Positions 61,989-64,000 of a stretch of DNA of 64,000 nt are shown here, one piece after another (position 1 is the first letter of the stretch; each line of letters starts with the position of its first letter). A program made the translations under genes and the position numbers. The stretch lies in the NCBI GenBank assembly GCA_001871115.1, contig MNUR01000077.1, positions 4,589 through 68,588 on the forward strand, given 5' to 3'. This DNA comes from Elusimicrobia bacterium CG1_02_56_21 (GTDB lineage: Bacteria; Elusimicrobiota; Elusimicrobia; Elusimicrobiales; UBA9959). The notes under the pieces were generated by a model. The model was not told the origin of the DNA. It was given only the letters and a program-made list of their open reading frames with translations, and searched no databases.

Positions 61989-63451
61989 ACGCTCCGCTTA
62001 AAAATATTTTTCAGGGCGGCGTAACCCGCGCGCTCGGGCAGCGGGTTTAAGAATCCGGTCCGGAGCCTGAACCGCGCCAGAGGCCTGTAAGCGTTGTAGA
62101 GCGCTTTTAATATCCAGCCGCCCGAACCATAGTCGTCCATCTTCCGGTCCAGGAATTTGCTGACAAAGCAGGCGCGCTCCAGGAAATCCTTCAGCCCCGG
62201 GCTGCTTTCGTGCATATGGGAATAATCCCATTCGTATTTGCCCCACTCCTCCAGCCTCCCGGGGAAAGACGTGCCGGCCCGCTCAAGGGCGGAGAACAGC
62301 TTGGTGCCCGGATAAGGCGAGAATATATAAAACTGCGGTATCCGGAAATTCTCTCCGAGCCTGAGTATCTCGAGACCGAAAGACATCGTGGTGCGTATCT
62401 CTTCCGGGGTTTCGGCAGGCAGGCCCACTATCAGGGAGCAGAGCACGGCTATTTTCCTGTTCTTAAACCTCGCAAGCTGCTCACGGGCCAGCCGCAGGCT
62501 GCCGGATTTATTTAATATTTCGGTCCGCACCCTGTCCACACCGGATTCCACGCCGATAGCTATCCTTACGACCCCGGCCGCCTCGGCAAAATCCAGGTCC
62601 GCGTCGGACATCCTGGCCAGGGTTTCTATGTCCACCCCCTGAAGCACGCAGCCCAGCCCCATTTCTTTAAGCCCCGCAAGTATGGTCATAGCCCGGCGCT
62701 GGTCGATAAAAAAATTATCGTCGAGCAGGTAGACCAGGGAGAAATCATAGCGGGAACGCAGATCTCTCAGTTCCGCCAATACCCTCGCCGCGCTTTTAGC
62801 GCGCAGGCGGCCCAGACTGAAAACGCGGTTATAGCAGTAAGCGCACTTACAGGGGCAGCCGCGGCTGGACTGGTAAAAGAACATTCTTTTTCCGCGGTAG
62901 GTCTGCGTATATTTTTCCATGTCCACCAGGTGGTACGGCACGGGCGGCAGGGTATCCAGGTCCAGCAAGGGGCCGCGCGGGGAACTGAAAACCTTTCCTT
63001 CCTTCCTGCTCCAGACTCCGGGAATACCCGCGGTATCCGCCCCGGCGGCCAGGCGCCTCACAAGTTCGGCCAGGGCTTGTTCTCCCTCCCCCTCTACCAC
63101 GTAATCCGCCAGGTCATGAGAAACCGTCTGCTCCGGCAGCAGCGAAGCGTGTATCCCGCCCCAGACGAGCGGGGCGGCGCAAAGACTCCGCGCCAGGACC
63201 GCGGCCTCCAGCGCGTTCAATATCATCCCGCCCGTCATGGCCGTAAAACCTACGGCGACCGTGCCTTTATCTATGGCAGCGGCCAGCGCGGCGCGCCAGT
63301 CGGCTTCGGCCCGCTGGTCTACTATGCGGACTTCCAGTTCGCCGCAGATCAGCGAGGCGGCGCAAAGCAGGCCGAGCGGAGGCGTAGGGTTGTCCCGGAA
63401 CATATCCATGTCGCCGATACCCGGCTGGATCAGGACCAGGTTGCTCTTCAT
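61985..63451 (-). CDS. B12-binding-domain radical SAM enzyme (class B)
   Basis: N-terminal cobalamin-binding-like Rossmann domain (VLIQPGIG..PPLGLL..VGFTAMTG), then SSRGCPCKCAYC. Confidence 0.85.
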   Translation of the reverse strand: MKSNLVLIQPGIGDMDMFRDNPTPPLGLLCAASLICGELEVRIVDQRAEADWRAALAAAIDKGTVAVGFTAMTGGMILNALEAAVLARSLCAAPLVWGGIHASLLPEQTVSHDLADYVVEGEGEQALAELVRRLAAGADTAGIPGVWSRKEGKVFSSPRGPLLDLDTLPPVPYHLVDMEKYTQTYRGKRMFFYQSSRGCPCKCAYCYNRVFSLGRLRAKSAARVLAELRDLRSRYDFSLVYLLDDNFFIDQRRAMTILAGLKEMGLGCVLQGVDIETLARMSDADLDFAEAAGVVRIAIGVESGVDRVRTEILNKSGSLRLAREQLARFKNRKIAVLCSLIVGLPAETPEEIRTTMSFGLEILRLGENFRIPQFYIFSPYPGTKLFSALERAGTSFPGRLEEWGKYEWDYSHMHESSPGLKDFLERACFVSKFLDRKMDDYGSGGWILKALYNAYRPLARFRLRTGFLNPLPERAGYAALKNIFKRSV

Positions 63452-64000
63452 GAGCCGCTCCCGGAAACAGTAAAGTCTTTAAGCACCAGTGAGTCGGAGA
63501 GTTCGGCCCCGGCCGGCACGCTGCCGCCTTTAAAAACTACGCAATTTTTAAGGCGCGCCCCGGCCCCGACCAAAGCGCCGTCTGCCGCCACCGAATTTAC
63601 CAGCTGGGCGCCCTCTCCGAGCGCGGCAAAAGGGTGGGAGAAACCGGGCAGGCCCCGTTCGGCCAGCCAGGCGAGATTGGCCGCCAGGATATCCCGCGGA
63701 TAGGTAATATTTACGTCAAGCCTTAGGGTTTCCATCGCTTTAACCAGGCCTCCTCCCGCTATCAGGTTCTGTATAGCGTCGGTCAGTTCTATTTCCCCGC
63801 GCAGTGCCGAAGGGCGGGTAGACTTCAGGGCCGGCATAAAGCGCGGGCCGAAAAAATATATTCCGCACGGTTTCACCATGCTGAGGGCGCGCGCGGGTTT
63901 TTCTATTATCCTGAGCACCCGGCCGTCCGGCGCCTGCTCTATCGTGCACTCCTTTAGAATGTCAGCTTCTTCGCTTACCGTGCGCACCGAGAGCACGGCG
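63448..64000 (-). CDS. sugar-phosphate nucleotidyltransferase with C-terminal left-handed beta-helix; N-terminus beyond the right edge
   Basis: IIEKP..GIYFF..GEIELTDAIQ motifs and hexapeptide-like C-terminus. ATGA-coupled to the B12 rSAM gene. Open to the window edge. Confidence 0.8.
   Translation of the reverse strand, partial: AVLSVRTVSEEADILKECTIEQAPDGRVLRIIEKPARALSMVKPCGIYFFGPRFMPALKSTRPSALRGEIELTDAIQNLIAGGGLVKAMETLRLDVNITYPRDILAANLAWLAERGLPGFSHPFAALGEGAQLVNSVAADGALVGAGARLKNCVVFKGGSVPAGAELSDSLVLKDFTVSGSGS

Noticed and set aside
42245-63451. Whether this is the nitrogenase-paralog / rSAM locus described in Elusimicrobia.
   Set aside because: Not asserted. No NifH/NifD-like ORF is present in this window, and taxonomy cannot be established from the sequence alone. 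It is kept only as a hypothesis to test.

Overview
GC-rich (about 60%) bacterial chromosomal segment, densely coding, mostly on the minus strand. I saw no rRNA, tRNA, CRISPR array, transposase or prophage genes.

Layout:
- 1-26 kb: housekeeping genes (YacL-like PIN protein, radA, an MlaE/F/D-type ABC system, alr, dnaB, rplI-rpsR-ssb-rpsF, guaB, guaA). Also a sugar-kinase::RapZ-C fusion coupled to a MurU-like nucleotidyltransferase, and several exported hydrolases.
- 26.5-32.7 kb: envelope and secreted proteins (GT-B glycosyltransferase, C11 peptidase, an NHSPV-repeat protein, an OMP-like protein) and a GAF histidine kinase.
- 32.8-40.5 kb: a ygeW / ygeY / carbamate kinase cluster.
- 41.0-58.1 kb: the outstanding feature. 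This is a 17.1-kb, 15-gene, translationally coupled minus-strand operon. It holds 12 radical SAM (rSAM) genes, an A24 prepilin-peptidase-like membrane protein, a Dph6/MJ0570-type PP-loop ATPase and a terminal class V cysteine desulfurase.
- 58.3-64 kb: a second HemN-like rSAM, a membrane-anchored beta-propeller, a GT2, a B12-binding rSAM and a sugar nucleotidyltransferase.

In total, 14 genes with a CxxxCxxC motif lie between 42245 and 63451. There is no room for a precursor peptide inside the operon, and the combination matches no pathway I recognise.

Other non-coding signals:
- A family of about 120-210-nt structured palindromic repeats at 26.4 kb and 40.6-41.0 kb.
- A 102-nt hairpin with a perfect 18-bp stem.
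- A 46-bp tandem repeat upstream of the kinase operon.
- Three TATAAT boxes placed for leaderless transcripts.

Many long ORFs in the track are antisense shadows of real genes and were discarded.
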